From NCBI GenBank assembly GCA_964633505.1, contig CAZWHC010000002.1, positions 55,002 through 119,001 on the forward strand: a stretch of DNA of 64,000 nucleotides, read 5' to 3'. The position numbers were made by a program, and so were the translations under genes. The notes under the pieces were generated by a model. That model did no database searches. It had not been told where the DNA came from and worked only from the letters and a program-made list of their open reading frames with translations. The stretch comes from an uncultured Rikenellaceae bacterium. GTDB lineage: Bacteria; Bacteroidota; Bacteroidia; Bacteroidales; VadinHA17. Below, piece after piece: positions 61,395 through 64,000 of this stretch (the stretch's first letter is position 1; each line of letters opens with the position of its first letter).

Positions 61395-61592
61395 ATGTCG
61401 GAAATCATTAACAAAACCGCGGAGATACTTGCTTTACTTGAAAATGAGGCTAAGGTAAGATCTATGGACTCTAAGGAGGAAGTGGATGCTATTCTGGCAG
61501 TCGATAAAATTATGGAGGAAGTGGGAAGGGATTATCAGATAAAAGATAATAAGTCACAGATTGCCTCTGCCAGCGTGGTGTTATGTGCATAA
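61395..61592 (+). CDS. small 65-aa helical protein
   Basis: ATG 7 bp after the previous stop; ends ASASVVLCA. Confidence 0.7.
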   Translation: MSEIINKTAEILALLENEAKVRSMDSKEEVDAILAVDKIMEEVGRDYQIKDNKSQIASASVVLCA

Positions 61593-61619
61593 ACGCCATT
61601 ACCTAATAACAAAAACCCA

Positions 61620-61661
61620 CCCGGGTGCGCTGATCTTGCGGGAAGCGTGGCAGGTATTATT
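61620..61661 (+). repeat. 42-bp dispersed repeat, copy 2
   Basis: CCCGGGTGCGCTGATCTTGCGGGAAGCGTGGCAGGTATTATT. Confidence 0.75.
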
Positions 61662-61788
61662 AAGTGTAAATTTATGATATATTTTTGAAATATAAACAAC
61701 TTATTAGCAATTATTTGCTGAGGACTCCTGTTTTTGAACTATCTAAGATTATAAGAAGCAATATGTGCCATTCGGAAATGATTCTGAA

Positions 61789-63540
61789 TCATATCAGAAG
61801 ATTTTTATCTGTCTTTAATATTATTTCAAAGTTGCCAACACAAATATGATGAAGCCCATAAAGGAACTTTTTGCCTGCTATTTTTAATCCATCAACGAAT
61901 GTCCCTAAATTGGATAGGTTATATAGCCATACATCGTTTTTTGAGTTTACTAAAAGAAAATGGAGTCTGCTTATTGATGTGTCATTAAGATCGGGGACAG
62001 GATTTTTAAGATATCCGTATCGGCCGATTGTTATTATTTCATTATTGCTGTAATATTTACGATCTGAACCGGGAATGATTATTTCAATGGTATTCTCAAT
62101 CGAACCTATTTTTTCAAACCGGTGCTCACGAAAAATAAGTTTGGACGCCAGCGCCGGTCCTTTTTTATTATCCCAGCATTTTAAATCCTTTTTTTTGAGA
62201 GAAAGATAAAAGTTAATGAAAGGATCATTAGTGCCATTTATCGGATCCTCCGGATCATTTGGATTATCATCTTTTGAAAGGGCAGAAAGCAGGTAGTTGG
62301 TGTAAAAACATTTTATGCCGGGAAATGTCTTTTTAAGTTCCTTAAGGTAAAGGAAAGACTGCTCAAATAATCCAAGTTCATAAAAGCATCTGGCAAGAAG
62401 ATTATGCGCTTCCGTATCGTTTGGATTTCTTTGAAGATAATCATTCAGCAAAGAAATGGCTTCGCGATGTTTTCCTGATTCAAGCTGCATCCAGCCAAAT
62501 TCTTTATGAACCTCGGCTCTTGGATTAAATTTCAGCAACCTGCCGAAATATTTATTTGCTTCAGCAATATTATTCTGTAATAAATAGTACCGGCCCAGGG
62601 AACGCAGTGCGCCCAGGTCGTTTTCGTGCATTGTCAGGGCAGCATTCAGTGCATTATATGCATTCCGCCACTTATGACTTTTTAAATAACGTTCGGCTTT
62701 GACAACAAGATTACCTGCCCGGATAAGTTTTGTATCAAGTATTGCAGGTACATATTGAGAACGTATCGCTTCAGCCATTTCACGTGCTGTCTGAAAGCGA
62801 AGAGCAGGGTCCGGTTCGACGGCCCGGTAGATAATATTCTGAAGCCAGACCGGCAGATTCCCGGGTAAAAGTTGTTTTTCTCTTATTAATTCTGACCACT
62901 CCGGCAATGGTTTCCCTTTATAAGGATTTAAGCCTGAAAGTGTTTCAATTAATGTTATTCCCAGGGCATATATATCAGTCCGCGGATCCTGTAAATCCGG
63001 TTCCGTTGCCCTGAAAAGTTCGGGTGCCATATAAGGTCCGGTTCCGGAAAGCCTGTTTGCCACACCAAAATCGGATATCTTTATTTCGTCAGTGACTGTA
63101 AAAAGTATATTGTCGGGTTTAATATCGTGATGCACGATATTCTTAAGGTGCACATTGTGAATTGTTTCACAAAGGATCTCAAACCATGGAAGGGCAATTG
63201 ACGGCAAAACTGGCTTTGAAAGTCTTTCTCTCAGACTCCCGTTTTCGCAGTATTCCATAACAAGACAGATATTCTTCTGCCGCATGAAGTGATGGTAAAA
63301 GGCTGTAATATTTGTAAATCCGAGATTGGCTACTGTCTTTATTTCATGTATAATGTTCTTCTGTTTTTCGCAATCCGTTTCCTTAAGCCATTTTATTGCA
63401 ACAAGCCGGTCAGCCAGTACATCTTTTGCCAGGGCAACCCTGCCAAATCCGCCTCCGCCGAGATATTTTATATACAGGTAGTTATCGTTAAAATACATTC
63501 GTAATTCATTTGATTGCCAGACCGGTATTGGTAATAACAA
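61789..63540 (-). CDS. Hanks-type Ser/Thr protein kinase - TPR - FHA protein
   Basis: GGGGFGRV, VAIK, HHDIKPDN, DFG, GTGPYMAPE, DIYALG; helical TPR-like middle; FHA motifs ITIGR, SISRLH, NLGTFVDG; alternative ATG at 63498. Confidence 0.92.
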   Translation of the reverse strand: MLLPIPVWQSNELRMYFNDNYLYIKYLGGGGFGRVALAKDVLADRLVAIKWLKETDCEKQKNIIHEIKTVANLGFTNITAFYHHFMRQKNICLVMEYCENGSLRERLSKPVLPSIALPWFEILCETIHNVHLKNIVHHDIKPDNILFTVTDEIKISDFGVANRLSGTGPYMAPELFRATEPDLQDPRTDIYALGITLIETLSGLNPYKGKPLPEWSELIREKQLLPGNLPVWLQNIIYRAVEPDPALRFQTAREMAEAIRSQYVPAILDTKLIRAGNLVVKAERYLKSHKWRNAYNALNAALTMHENDLGALRSLGRYYLLQNNIAEANKYFGRLLKFNPRAEVHKEFGWMQLESGKHREAISLLNDYLQRNPNDTEAHNLLARCFYELGLFEQSFLYLKELKKTFPGIKCFYTNYLLSALSKDDNPNDPEDPINGTNDPFINFYLSLKKKDLKCWDNKKGPALASKLIFREHRFEKIGSIENTIEIIIPGSDRKYYSNNEIITIGRYGYLKNPVPDLNDTSISRLHFLLVNSKNDVWLYNLSNLGTFVDGLKIAGKKFLYGLHHICVGNFEIILKTDKNLLI

Positions 63541-63542
63541 AA

Positions 63543-64000
63543 TTACTTTGCCTGATTTCTTAATCCATACAACTCAAGGTAATCATCACTTTTCCCAAGC
63601 TTTCTTAAATTAGTTTTCTGAGCTGCACTTAATTTTGGATAATGACGGGAATACCAGTTTTCAATTTCTTCAATTTCTGGAAGAACTAGAAAATAATCCT
63701 TATAAATAAAATGGTCAATAAAGTTCTGTTCATAACTTGAATAATCATAATCAGATTGTAATATCTGATTCTTTATTATGGATTCTCCTTCCTCCCCTAT
63801 ACTGTAATTCAATTTTACAGGGATTACCAACTCCTTAAGTTCATCTACTTGTGAATGGACTGTATGGCCAATATAATTCTTTAATAGATATCTTATCATT
63901 TTTGAGGTCAGCAGACCTAAAAGTGTAGAGATTTCATAATAAGATTGAAAAATCATTGAACCTTCTGTGTCAAAAGGCGTTTTTGATCCAATCCTAAATG
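63543..64000 (-). CDS. C-terminal part of a type IIG/Eco57I/PglX-like DNA methyltransferase or R-M protein, cut by window edge
   Basis: Frame is open to the window end (FRIGSKTPFDTEGSMIF...LLGLLTSKMIRYLLK...SQVDELKELVIP), resembling target-recognition C-termini. Confidence 0.6.
   Translation of the reverse strand, partial: FRIGSKTPFDTEGSMIFQSYYEISTLLGLLTSKMIRYLLKNYIGHTVHSQVDELKELVIPVKLNYSIGEEGESIIKNQILQSDYDYSSYEQNFIDHFIYKDYFLVLPEIEEIENWYSRHYPKLSAAQKTNLRKLGKSDDYLELYGLRNQAK

Noticed and set aside
59574-61661. Classical integron attC sites
   Set aside because: No clear RYYYAAC/GTTRRRY ends or paired L boxes, and no IntI-type integrase in the window; kept only as unexplained direct repeats

Overview
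64-kb window from a Bacteroidota (probably Bacteroidales-like) chromosome; taxonomy is inferred from gene content and TAnnTTTG -7 promoter motifs. (1) 1-~17.5 kb is a tandem accretion of integrative-element segments. They are separated by copies of a tRNA-Pro 3'-end sequence (AATCTTCTCACCCCGAC at 3096, degenerate copies at 7344, 7535 and ~16652), and the copies at 3096, 7535 and ~16652 are followed by a hairpin and arm-type repeats. The segments carry a tyrosine integrase, a PD-(D/E)xK nuclease, a DsrE/DoxX/TauE cluster and a ~9-kb defence island. That island holds an AbiEi/AbiEii pair, MazG plus two divergent nuclease-helicase DUF2075 genes, two decayed DNA methyltransferases and a decayed Fic gene; none of those three decayed genes is recovered intact by the ORF track. 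(2) 18-59.4 kb is mostly ordinary accessory/housekeeping content: MalT-like and AraC regulators, hydrolases, cold-shock proteins, a Pif1-like helicase, pncB-pncA, ldh, a cNMP-domain-aspartase fusion and a DEAD-box helicase. It also has a REP-like palindrome cluster, a MITE-like element and a stand-alone GyrA/ParC CTD-like gene. (3) 59.5-64 kb is a second defence-like island. An uncharacterised papain/C39-like protein plus a 65-aa partner sit between two 42-bp direct repeats, converging on a DNA-methyltransferase-(Ser/Thr kinase-TPR-FHA) operon cut by the window edge. All family assignments come from motif recognition by eye, not database searches. No CRISPR array, rRNA or intact tRNA was found.
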